Positions 8,533 to 16,361 are shown, counted from the first letter of the stretch. The stretch: DNA of 35,676 nt from Clostridia bacterium (GCA_017453405.1 JAFTKF010000201.1:1-35676), one strand, 5' to 3'. The notes: a model not told the origin generated them from the letters alone. A program made the numbers and translations.

Positions 8533-9606
8533 TCAAAATCTGGTAGATAATACGGTGTAGGTGCTCACCAGCACCAAAACATCGGTGTTTTCATCGGCAT
8601 AAAGAGAGGAAAAATCCGAAAGCGTACGGTAAGGGGTGCGCAGATCGCAGACCACGATCTCGGAATACGCGCCCACAAGATAGGGCACAAGCGCACGGGC
8701 ATAGGAATCGCGGAAGAGCACAAGCCGCCTGCCGCTCGTGCACTGCGGATTTTCGATGCGCAAAAGCGCGGATTCCTGTTCACTGCCGAGGTAGACATCA
8801 TACGGGTCGGCAAAGGGCTCTTTCCTATACAGCCCCGACACGCTCTCGCCCCGATACACATTGGCAGAGGCGATCACTCCGTTTGCATCATACAAAAGCA
8901 TAAAACGGTCGGTATAGTCGCCAAGCGGAATTTGCGCGGCAAGTGTGCCTTTCGCCTCCCGTCCGTCCACGGGGAAAAGCCCCGCCGTCGGCTCAAACCG
9001 CATTGCCTGCCCGAGAGAGACGGCAAAGTCCCGATAGCATTCGGCACGCACGTGGATATCCCCCCGATAATAGCTGTCATAGGCAAGGGTGTGTGCGGTA
9101 TCGACCGGCAGAAACCGCCCGTCCTCGGCGATCGTTCGCCACGCATCGGTATAAATGCTGTCCGTTCCCCGATAATGCCCCTTGTGCGCAATAAGGGAAA
9201 AATACGCCTCCTTGCCCGAAAGAAAGGCAGAAAGATAGTGCGCGATCGTATCGAGATTATCGAGAAGCAGTGCTTCATCATAAGCAGGCGGCAGTTTTTC
9301 AAGGGTGGTCTCACACACGCGGATATCCCCGATGCGCGGATTGGCAAAGCCCTTTTGCATCGTGTGGGCATACAGTGTCAACAAGGCACGGCGACACGGG
9401 AGGCGATCCAGAAAATGCGCATCCAGCGCGGCAATATACTCCCCTTTTTCAAAAGCCTCATAGGAAGCCTCGGGAACGGGGGCGGCCTGCCGCCGCTCCT
9501 CTTCGATCATCAAAGGGGCGTCGGATAAAGACAGCCATACCCCGCCGCCCACAAGCACCAACAGAAAAAAGAAAATGGTAAGCCTGTCAAAAAACCGTTT
9601 CATCAT
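8533..9606 (-). CDS. AlgJ/DltD-like (DHHW-type) extracytoplasmic partner of the MBOAT acyltransferase
   Basis: I start it at the ATGATG at 9606, which overlaps the MBOAT stop (TGATG). The signal anchor is MMKRFFDRLTIFFFLLVLVGGGVWL. YYRGDIHVRAECY resembles the D-x-H(W) catalytic motif region of AlgJ/DHHW proteins. The longer ORF to 10086 lies inside the MBOAT gene. Confidence 0.55.
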   Translation of the reverse strand: MMKRFFDRLTIFFFLLVLVGGGVWLSLSDAPLMIEEERRQAAPVPEASYEAFEKGEYIAALDAHFLDRLPCRRALLTLYAHTMQKGFANPRIGDIRVCETTLEKLPPAYDEALLLDNLDTIAHYLSAFLSGKEAYFSLIAHKGHYRGTDSIYTDAWRTIAEDGRFLPVDTAHTLAYDSYYRGDIHVRAECYRDFAVSLGQAMRFEPTAGLFPVDGREAKGTLAAQIPLGDYTDRFMLLYDANGVIASANVYRGESVSGLYRKEPFADPYDVYLGSEQESALLRIENPQCTSGRRLVLFRDSYARALVPYLVGAYSEIVVCDLRTPYRTLSDFSSLYADENTDVLVLVSTYTVLSTRF

Positions 9607-10961
9607 CAGAACCTGAAATACAAAAAGGGATGTGTGGAAGCCCCTGCCAGAAAGGCAAGCGACAAAACGAGAAGCGCGGGGGTGGCAAGTGCTTTCATCA
9701 GCGAACGGGATGCTTCCCGCTTGGTCAAATAGCGGATAAGCGTCTTCGGAAAGGGGGTCGCGAAGATCAACGCCAAAAGAAGCATCGGCAGAACATCGAA
9801 AAGGAGCAAACGGCTTGCGGCATCCGATAGGGGAGCGAAAAAGAACATCGCCGAAAGCTTTGAAAAAGCATCGGACAGTGAAGGGGCAGAAAAAAACACA
9901 AACCCGATCACCGTGAACAAGAAGGTATACAAATGCCCCACGATGGACGGCAAGGACAGCTTGGTTGCCTTTTCGAAAATCAGAAGCACGGCGTACATAA
10001 GCCCCCACGCGAGAAAGGTGAAGGCGGCTCCGTGCCAAAGCCCCGTCAGAAGCCAGACGATCGCGAGATTGAAATACGTGCGCCATCTGCCGCGGCGATT
10101 GCCCCCAAGGGGGATATAGACATAGCTTTTGAAAAACGAGGACAGCGTGATATGCCAGCGCCGCCAGAATTCGGTGATGCTTCGGGCAATATAGGGATAG
10201 TTGAAATTCTCGGGAAAATCAAACCCGAAAAGCTTGCCAAGTCCCACCGCCATATCGGAATAGCCCGAAAAATCGAAATAGATCTGCAGAGTAAAGGCAA
10301 TTGCTGTCAGCCAGCCGAGAAGCACGGTCGGGGTGCTTTCCCCATATGCCGTAGCAACGGCGGCAAGCGAATCGGCAAGGATCAGCTTTTTAGAGAGTCC
10401 CACCGCAAAGCGAAACGCACCCTCGGCAACCTCTGTCAGATGCACCGAGCGGTCAAGAAGTGCCTCTTCCACCTCGGAATAGCGCACGATCGGCCCTGCC
10501 ACCAGCTGGGGAAAGAGCGTAAGATAGGTGGCAAACAGCGAAAACGAGCGCTGCGCCCTCACCTCGCCGCGATAGACATCCACCGTATAGCTGATGGCTT
10601 GGAAGGTATAAAAGCTGATGCCGACAGGAAGCTCACGCACAGAGAAGGAAACCCCCACAAACGACAGAAAAAAGGAGGCGTATTTGTAGTAAAACAAAAA
10701 GAGAAGACTGACGCTTACCGCAACAATCAGAATCAGGCGCTTACGGTGCGGATATCTTGCCATCAGGCGTGCGGCAAGATACTGCAGAACTGCCGTGAAG
10801 AGCAAAAGCCACAGATAGCTAAGCTCACCGAGCGCGTAAAACACAAGGCTTGAAAAAAGAAGCACAAGATTCTGCAAGCGCGGCGGCGACACACGGTAGA
10901 GAAAAAGCACACACGGCAAAAAGAACAGAAGAAACGTCAAGGACGTAAAGGACAGCGCCAA
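9606..10961 (-). CDS. MBOAT-family membrane O-acyltransferase (AlgI/DltB-like)
   Basis: Multi-TM protein with FYTFQAISYTVDVYRG, FWRRWHITLSSFF and LTGLWHGA (conserved His). The start is TTG at 10961, after AAAGGGG. Confidence 0.9.
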   Translation of the reverse strand: MALSFTSLTFLLFFLPCVLFLYRVSPPRLQNLVLLFSSLVFYALGELSYLWLLLFTAVLQYLAARLMARYPHRKRLILIVAVSVSLLFLFYYKYASFFLSFVGVSFSVRELPVGISFYTFQAISYTVDVYRGEVRAQRSFSLFATYLTLFPQLVAGPIVRYSEVEEALLDRSVHLTEVAEGAFRFAVGLSKKLILADSLAAVATAYGESTPTVLLGWLTAIAFTLQIYFDFSGYSDMAVGLGKLFGFDFPENFNYPYIARSITEFWRRWHITLSSFFKSYVYIPLGGNRRGRWRTYFNLAIVWLLTGLWHGAAFTFLAWGLMYAVLLIFEKATKLSLPSIVGHLYTFLFTVIGFVFFSAPSLSDAFSKLSAMFFFAPLSDAASRLLLFDVLPMLLLALIFATPFPKTLIRYLTKREASRSLMKALATPALLVLSLAFLAGASTHPFLYFRF

Positions 10962-10986
10962 TCACCCCTTTGGGATCAAATGATCC

Positions 10987-11595
10987 CTAGTTGCCTGCCA
11001 ACGAGAGAATGGCATCGCACACACGCTGATAGCGCGTGGCATCGCCGTCCATCACCAGAACGACCGTATCACCGATCGCATAGGTCTCATAATGTTCATA
11101 TGTCGCACAAACCAGCTTGCGCGGATCGACATTTTTCTTGATCGAGGCGGCAAGCGTTTTGGCGGCATCGGCAGAGCTTGTCTTTAGTATACCCAAAAAG
11201 AACGGAATTGTACCAATGATCGGCTGACAAATTGCCGCTTCCTTGACATCACCTGTCGGCTGTACGAAAAAGTGATAGGAAAAGGTGCTTTTGTCCTTCA
11301 GATTCACGCTGTCGATCACGGTGGTAAGATCGTTCCCGATCGAAGGCTTCAGGGCGTTCAGAATCTCCTGCGCCGTCATCGACGAAAAGCTCGGAGGCGT
11401 ATCTACCCCGCCGGAAGCATCGGCGGTGGTATCGGGCGCTGTCGTGATGTCAGTCGTGCCGCCGTTTGCCGAAGTGTCGGGTTGCGTGTCGACGGTCGCC
11501 GAGGATGTGGTCACGGGCGCTGTGGTTACGGCAGGTGTCGCGCAGGAGACAAGCAATGCCGCAAGAAGCAAAAGTGCAAATACAGCTTTTTTCAT
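10987..11595 (-). CDS. Small lipoprotein (DUF4358-like by context and composition)
   Basis: MKKAVFALLLLAALLVSC has an L-V-S-C lipobox. It is followed by a Thr/Pro-rich linker and a ~120-aa globular domain. An alternative ATG lies at 11607. The 254-aa ORF to 11751 runs through the leader and promoter. Confidence 0.7.
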   Translation of the reverse strand: MKKAVFALLLLAALLVSCATPAVTTAPVTTSSATVDTQPDTSANGGTTDITTAPDTTADASGGVDTPPSFSSMTAQEILNALKPSIGNDLTTVIDSVNLKDKSTFSYHFFVQPTGDVKEAAICQPIIGTIPFFLGILKTSSADAAKTLAASIKKNVDPRKLVCATYEHYETYAIGDTVVLVMDGDATRYQRVCDAILSLAGN

Positions 11596-11752
11596 AAAAA
11601 TTACCATGGCTTTCGTTTGCGAAAGCCTTCCTTTCGTGGGGAATTGGGGCTGGTTTTGCGTAGCAAAATCGTTGTTGTAAGACAACGAAAGCCACAAAAC
11701 CCGCGTGAAAAGAATTTTCACGCTACCTCTCAAAGAAAAATAGATTGCCATT

Positions 11753-11781
11753 ATTCTACCACAAAGTCAGGAAAAAGTAAA
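11753..11781 (-). promoter_or_regulatory. Possible promoter for the minus-strand envelope operon
   Basis: On the minus strand: TTTACT (11781-11776), 17-nt spacer, TAGAAT (11758-11753). It would give a ~150-nt structured leader. Confidence 0.3.
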
Positions 11782-11799
11782 GTCAATCGCTCTTTTTTC

Positions 11800-11828
11800 T
11801 TGCATTCTTTTCTAATATATGTTATAAT
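11800..11828 (+). promoter_or_regulatory. SigA-type promoter with extended -10 for rlmD
   Basis: TTGCAT (11800-11805), 17-nt spacer ending in TGt, TATAAT (11823-11828). It is divergent from the minus-strand operon. Confidence 0.6.
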
Positions 11829-11885
11829 GAAGTAACTATACGAAAAAAATCTGAAAATCCCCCTCATTTTGAAAGGAATTGACCC

Positions 11886-13223
11886 ATGAAGAAAAACGAG
11901 CTTGCTGTTTTGACGATCCTCGATATCAATAACCGCGGCTATGGCGTAGCGCGTGCCGAGGACGGGCGCGTGGTATTCGTCGCCAATGCCGTTACGGGCG
12001 AAACGGTGCAAGCCAAATATATCAAAGTCACCAAGGACTACGCCGTGGCGCGTGTGGAAAAAACGCTGACCAAAAGCGCCTGCCGCATTCCCTCCGACTG
12101 CCAAGCATTCCCTGCCTGCGGCGGGTGCGTGTATCGCCATATTGCCTATGACGATGAATTGAAGCTGAAGGAAAACTATGTCAAAAGCGCCTTCAAAAAG
12201 GCAGGCGTTGCCATCACCGTCGCGCCCTGTGAGTACGGCGACACCGAGGGCTATCGCAATAAGATCGAATGTCCCTTGACCGACGGCTACAAAGCAGGCT
12301 TTTATGCCGCCAAGACCCACCGCGTGATCGCGGCAGACGACTGCAAGCTGGAAAAGCCACAGCTTCGCGCAATTATGACCACCGTGACCGCGTGGCTGGA
12401 GGAGAACGATATTCCGCTCTATCACGAGGAAGACGGCAAAGGGCTTGTTCGGCATATCTATCTCCGTATCGGTGAAAAATCGGGCGAGGTATCGCTTGTG
12501 CTCGTTTTGAACGGAAAAACGCTTCCGCACGCCCAAGACTTTGTCGATACCGTCACACAAAAACACCCCGCGGTCGTATCTATCCTTCTTTCCCATAACG
12601 AGGAAAACACCAACGTGATCCTCGGAAAAAGCGCCACTCTCTTGTACGGAAAGGACGAGATTGAAGATACGCTCTGCTCGCTGACCTTCCGCCTATCCCA
12701 CCGCTCCTTCTATCAGGTCAATGCGCATATGGCGGAAAAGCTCTATCAAAAAGCGCTCACCCTTGCCGCACTCACCCCCGATGACACCCTTGCCGACCTC
12801 TTCTGCGGTGTCGGCACGATCGGATTATTTATGCTGAAGGAATCGGGCGCAAAATCGCTCCTCGGCATCGAGATCATTCCCGAAGCCATCGAAAACGCAC
12901 GCCGCAATGCCAAGCTGAACGGCATTGAAAACGCCACCTTCCTCTGCGGCGATGCCAATCGCGAAGAGCTTGCCTCTGCCGATGTCATCGTGGTCGACCC
13001 ACCAAGAAAGGGCTGCGAAGAATCCCTCCTTTGCCGCATCGCCGCTATCGCCCCCAAACGCCTCGTCTACATCTCCTGCAACCCCGACACCCTCGCAAGA
13101 GATGTCGCAGTGATGGCAAAGTATGGCTATACAACCGATACCGTATATCCGTTTGATCTGTTCCCGAGAACAGGACACGTTGAGAGTGTCGTTTGTCTGA
13201 CGAGGTCAGACAAAGCGACGTGA
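11886..13223 (+). CDS. rlmD: 23S rRNA (uracil-C5)-methyltransferase, RumA/RlmD type (TRAM domain plus 4Fe-4S cluster)
   Basis: N-terminal TRAM-like OB fold, cluster cysteines CRIPSDCQAFPACGGCVYRH, SAM motif DLFCGVGTIGL, DPPRKG, and ISCNP with the catalytic Cys. The C-terminus is FDLFPRTGHVESVVCL. Confidence 0.93.
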   Translation: MKKNELAVLTILDINNRGYGVARAEDGRVVFVANAVTGETVQAKYIKVTKDYAVARVEKTLTKSACRIPSDCQAFPACGGCVYRHIAYDDELKLKENYVKSAFKKAGVAITVAPCEYGDTEGYRNKIECPLTDGYKAGFYAAKTHRVIAADDCKLEKPQLRAIMTTVTAWLEENDIPLYHEEDGKGLVRHIYLRIGEKSGEVSLVLVLNGKTLPHAQDFVDTVTQKHPAVVSILLSHNEENTNVILGKSATLLYGKDEIEDTLCSLTFRLSHRSFYQVNAHMAEKLYQKALTLAALTPDDTLADLFCGVGTIGLFMLKESGAKSLLGIEIIPEAIENARRNAKLNGIENATFLCGDANREELASADVIVVDPPRKGCEESLLCRIAAIAPKRLVYISCNPDTLARDVAVMAKYGYTTDTVYPFDLFPRTGHVESVVCLTRSDKAT

Positions 13224-13317
13224 TATAGACGCCTTCGGCGTCGTGATATGCGCCTGCGGCGCGTGATATGGACACCTGCGGTGTCGTGATATAGAACGCT
13301 ACGCGTTCGTGATATGT
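13176..13317 (+). repeat. Left copy of a 142-bp direct repeat (last 16 rlmD codons plus five GTGATAT-hairpin units)
   Basis: It aligns without gaps to 14486-14627 (offset 1310) with 4 mismatches (13181, 13202, 13204, 13220). None of the mismatches falls in a stem. Confidence 0.95.
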
Positions 13318-13507
13318 CGCTTGCGCGACGTAAGGCGATGGCGTTCCACGCGCACAAAGTGCGCATATCACGCCGAGCAAAGCGAGGCTATATCACGAAA
13401 GCCAACGGCTTTCCATATCACGCTTGCGCAGCAAGCATATCACGACGGCATCGCCGTCCATATCACTCTACCGCAGTGGACAATTCATATCACTCCGCGT
13501 TAGCGGA
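13188..13507. repeat. Hairpin array: 12-13 short stem-loops separated by the conserved linker GTGATAT(A/G) (5 forward copies), then its complement ATATCAC (6 copies)
   Basis: Forward motifs start at 13220, 13243, 13263, 13286 and 13309. Reverse motifs start at 13365, 13390, 13415, 13437, 13460 and 13487. Perfect stems between them all differ in sequence: gacgcc/ggcgtc, gcgcc/ggcgc, gacacc/ggtgtc, gaacgc/gcgttc, gtcgc/gcgac, gcgcac/gtgcgc, gaaagcc/ggctttc, gcttgc/gcaagc, gacggc/gccgtc, tccgc/gcgga. A 14-bp hairpin (13188-13219) is built from the rlmD terminal codons. Confidence 0.9.
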
Positions 13508-13520
13508 CAAAGGAGTATTT

Positions 13521-13874
13521 ATGCCCAAAACCTCCCACGAGCTTGCAATTGAATTTGCAGTTGAAATCACTGAATTATGCTCAAAAATAAAGGGTCGCCC
13601 CGAATATACAAAGCAGCTTATTCGCAGTGCATCTTCAATCAGCGCGAACATTGCGGAAGCAAAATATGCCGAAAGCAACGCTGACTTCGTTCATAAGCTT
13701 GAAATAGCCCAAAAGGAAGCAAACGAAACAGAAACTTGGCTTAGTGTTTTATACAAGAGCGGTATTATTGACGAAGTGACATTCAAATCTCTGCGCAACA
13801 GGTGCGGCAAGATCAGAAGAATGTTGATTGCTTCTATTACAACTGTTAAGACCAAAATAAACGGACAAAAGTGA
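13521..13874 (+). CDS. Four-helix-bundle protein (23S rRNA intervening-sequence protein / DGR Avd-like family)
   Basis: 117 aa from the ATG at 13521 (AAAGGAG RBS). The family signature is LIRSASSISANIAEAKYAESNADFVHKLEIAQKEANETETWL. The ORF-track extension to 13314 is read-through of the repeat array. Confidence 0.85.
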   Translation: MPKTSHELAIEFAVEITELCSKIKGRPEYTKQLIRSASSISANIAEAKYAESNADFVHKLEIAQKEANETETWLSVLYKSGIIDEVTFKSLRNRCGKIRRMLIASITTVKTKINGQK

Positions 13875-13934
13875 GTTTTGAACAAAACGAAATAACTCTA
13901 CTCAGCGCTAAAATTATTTATGAAAGGTTTTATT

Positions 13935-14345
13935 ATGATACCACTTAATATCAAATGTAGTAAATGCGGTGCAATTTGCAGCATATCAAGCCACAGAAAG
14001 TTTACAGTATGTCCGTATTGCGGAGAAAAGACTCCATTTGAGGGCTTTACTTATAGAGAGATAAATCGAAAATCGAGCAAATATGCAAACGTAAAAAAGG
14101 AAATGGACTGCCCGTCTTGTCGAAGCCCTCATATGTTTCTTTATTATTCGTTATTTGGTAAATGGAGATGTGAAGACTGTGGTTACACAATTTCAAATTT
14201 CAATAAAATGTTTGGTGTTTTTTGGTTTTGCGATAATTGCGAGACATATATGAATATTCAAGAGGGGTTCACCACAAAAGAGAAAACGTGGACTTGCACG
14301 GAGTGTGGCTTTAAAAACAGTGTCACTAAAGATGATATTCTTTAA
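13935..14345 (+). CDS. Small triple zinc-ribbon protein (six CxxC pairs), function unknown
   Basis: CSKC/CPYC, CPSC/CEDC and CDNC/CTEC pairs. The ATG at 13935 has a GAAAGG RBS; an upstream in-frame ATG lies at 13920. The region is very AT-rich (I counted 18 G+C in 13921-13980). Confidence 0.75.
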   Translation: MIPLNIKCSKCGAICSISSHRKFTVCPYCGEKTPFEGFTYREINRKSSKYANVKKEMDCPSCRSPHMFLYYSLFGKWRCEDCGYTISNFNKMFGVFWFCDNCETYMNIQEGFTTKEKTWTCTECGFKNSVTKDDIL

Positions 14346-14461
14346 CATTTAAAGAGAATTGCAAAGAGAAGAGAAAAATCTTCTTGATTTTATAACAAAT
14401 AAAATGTGTTGTAAGCAAAAATGAGAACTTTTGGAGTTTTCACTCCCATTTTTCAACCATT

Positions 14462-14533
14462 TTTATACCTTTTGGAGTCTTGACCCACGTGGAGAGTGTC
14501 GTTTGTCTGACAAAGTCAGACAAAGCGACATGA
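14462..14533 (+). pseudogene. Orphan duplicate of the rlmD 3' end (reads ...HVESVVCLTKSDKAT-stop)
   Basis: 14486-14533 is near-identical to 13176-13223, including the stop. The preceding ~24 nt translate to IPFGVLT, which only loosely resembles FDLFPRTG. There is no upstream ORF body. Confidence 0.8.
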
Positions 14534-14627
14534 TATAGACGCCTTCGGCGTCGTGATATGCGCCTGCGGCGCGTGATATGGACACCTGCGGTGTCGTGAT
14601 ATAGAACGCTACGCGTTCGTGATATGT
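14486..14627 (+). repeat. Right copy of the 142-bp direct repeat. Degenerate hairpin units continue to ~14700
   Basis: See the left copy. After 14627 the sequence diverges but keeps the same grammar: hairpin, then CGTAATGC (compare CGTAAGGC at 13329-13336), then gccgc/gcggc and acagca/tgctgt hairpins up to the RBS of the next gene. Confidence 0.95.
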
Positions 14628-14715
14628 ACCCTACGGGCAACGTAATGCCGCGCTCGGTGCGGCGTGTGGGGTGCTGACAGCAGAAGTGATGCTGTAATGC
14701 AAAAAGGAGACTGCT

Positions 14716-15768
14716 GTGAAAGAAGAAAAAAGTATAATAGAAGCAATGTCTGAGACCTTAGCGGATGCAATTGGGGATGACGATTTTTCTCTGCCGCTTG
14801 CCGCGTGGCAAGCAAGCGCTTCCGCATCCGAAGCAATCAATATGGCGTATCGGGAGGAAATCAAACGATACCGGGAAAATCCTGTCCCCGTTTGCAACAA
14901 AGCCGCTGCGCAAAAGCTTTTGAAACGCTTTTCCCGCAAGGATTTTCGCGATTTTTGGACTGCTCCCATCGAAGAATATCTTCCCGCTGTCAGCGAAGGT
15001 ACGATGAAGCTTTGCGAAACGGTTTATCCGCATACCGAAGCGATTCGCTATGCCAAAGAATTGATCGCGACACTTTCGCCAAAGGAATTGGCAAAAGATT
15101 TTCTTTACGGTGTTGCACACAATGCGTCCGAATTCAGAACGGCGCTTGCCTGCTATTACTACATAAAAAATCTCCCCGAGCACGAATTTGAAAAGAAATA
15201 TGTTGGCTCTGTCGTAGGCAAAGACGGTGCATTCGAGGACAGATACAACGAAACCGGATGTGAGATCTGCGGCTATCAGCACGCTGTCAGCCTTGAGCCG
15301 AAAATGCAATTCTGGCACATAAATACGGATATGGCAAATTTCTATTTTGACGGGCGAATGGAGCGTTCCTCACTCAATACGGCAATCATCTTTTTAGAAG
15401 AATATAAAACGGTATCCCGTCCCGAACATTCCATTGCCGATTACAAGCATTTCAAGAAAGTGATCGAGGTTATCGAAAACACACCGCAAACGATGACATC
15501 GGGAAAGCTTCGCCGCGAATTAAAGCAATCGGGACTGCTTTCAATGACACAGGATCAAATCGGGATTTTCATTAACACGCTCGGTTATTTGGATATTCTT
15601 CATTCCGATGATTCACACGGTATGATTTACTCGCACACACCCGAAAAAGAGATGCTGTACCCGCTCAGCGACAGAGGCTATGCCGCACATCCTGTAAACC
15701 GTTGGACGCGCAAATGCGGTATTGACTACGATAGCATTTCCCTGCTTTTTGACGGGCTTTACGAATAA
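14716..15768 (+). CDS. Hypothetical 350-aa soluble protein, no recognisable domain
   Basis: GTG start at 14716, 6 nt after AAGGAG. The ORF is long and uninterrupted with a plausible mixed helical composition. It has a single CEIC pair. Confidence 0.7.
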   Translation: MKEEKSIIEAMSETLADAIGDDDFSLPLAAWQASASASEAINMAYREEIKRYRENPVPVCNKAAAQKLLKRFSRKDFRDFWTAPIEEYLPAVSEGTMKLCETVYPHTEAIRYAKELIATLSPKELAKDFLYGVAHNASEFRTALACYYYIKNLPEHEFEKKYVGSVVGKDGAFEDRYNETGCEICGYQHAVSLEPKMQFWHINTDMANFYFDGRMERSSLNTAIIFLEEYKTVSRPEHSIADYKHFKKVIEVIENTPQTMTSGKLRRELKQSGLLSMTQDQIGIFINTLGYLDILHSDDSHGMIYSHTPEKEMLYPLSDRGYAAHPVNRWTRKCGIDYDSISLLFDGLYE

Positions 15769-15835
15769 GATCTGCTTTTTGCGCGGTGCCGGGCGTTTCA
15801 CAAGAGGAATGGTTAGTATAGCGAAAGGAATACGT

Positions 15836-16297
15836 ATGCAGAAGAGTAACTTGATCATAACTCGTCACGACAACAAAATAACAATTAAGAAAAAACCTGA
15901 GGTTGCACATTGTGTGATTTTCACAATGGTATTTCTCGCAGGGATTTTCCTTCCTATCGTTTTGGATGAGCTAAGAGATGTTGAATTATTTTGGGTGGTT
16001 TATGCCTTCTGTATGTTGACGAATATCGCCACCTTTACATCGGTTTTCTTCGGAAAAATCGTGGTTGACTCCGATAAGAGAGAACTCAATATCTATAATT
16101 TGTGCAGAGAAACGTACCCTTTTGAGGATGTGAAAGAACTCAAGAGTTTCTTTAAAGAGGGGGATTCCGACGGCGGAATGGATACCCACAAAGTGTTGTT
16201 CATATTTACAAACGGGCATCAAAGCGAATTGCAAACAACAAGCCAAGAGCAAACACAGGAACTGATGGAACTATTGAAGTCAATGATATATTCGTGA
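15836..16297 (+). CDS. Small membrane protein: two TM helices plus a beta-rich (bPH-like) C-terminal domain
   Basis: The ATG at 15836 follows GAAAGGAA. TM helices are VAHCVIFTMVFLAGIFLPIVL and FWVVYAFCMLTNIATFTSVFF. The TGA stop is embedded in a GTGATATA motif (16294-16301). Confidence 0.65.
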   Translation: MQKSNLIITRHDNKITIKKKPEVAHCVIFTMVFLAGIFLPIVLDELRDVELFWVVYAFCMLTNIATFTSVFFGKIVVDSDKRELNIYNLCRETYPFEDVKELKSFFKEGDSDGGMDTHKVLFIFTNGHQSELQTTSQEQTQELMELLKSMIYS

Positions 16298-16335
16298 TAT
16301 AATAGCGCCTTCGCCGTCCATACCGTGCACATCAC
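16283..16335. repeat. Degenerate relic of the GTGATAT / ATCAC hairpin array
   Basis: ATGATATA (16283-16290), GTGATATA (16294-16301), then atagcgccttcgccgtc (compare gacgccttcggcgtc in unit 1), then ACATCAC (16329-16335). Confidence 0.5.
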
Positions 16336-16361
16336 AGTAGATTAAGAAAGGAACTATAAAA

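Noticed and set aside
13365-13493. Omega-repressor-type operator: the ATATCAC motif contains the WATCACW heptad bound by the pSM19035 omega protein
   Set aside because: Omega operators consist of contiguous heptads. Here the motifs are 22-27 bp apart with structured spacers, and most copies end in G rather than W. The overlap is probably coincidental.
13188-13507. Possible CRISPR array
   Set aside because: The repeated unit is only 7-8 nt, the intervening 12-19-nt segments are themselves palindromes, the orientation flips mid-array, and there are no cas genes in the window.
13127-14640. ORFs 13045..13380(-), 13127..13366(-), 13309..13503(+), 14440..14640(-), and the first 69 codons of 13314..13874(+), with RRRRISRRRRR / HIT / YH-rich peptides
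   Set aside because: These are translations of the GTGATAT-hairpin arrays. The periodic peptide simply reflects the DNA repeat. The 4HB gene has its own RBS and ATG at 13521.
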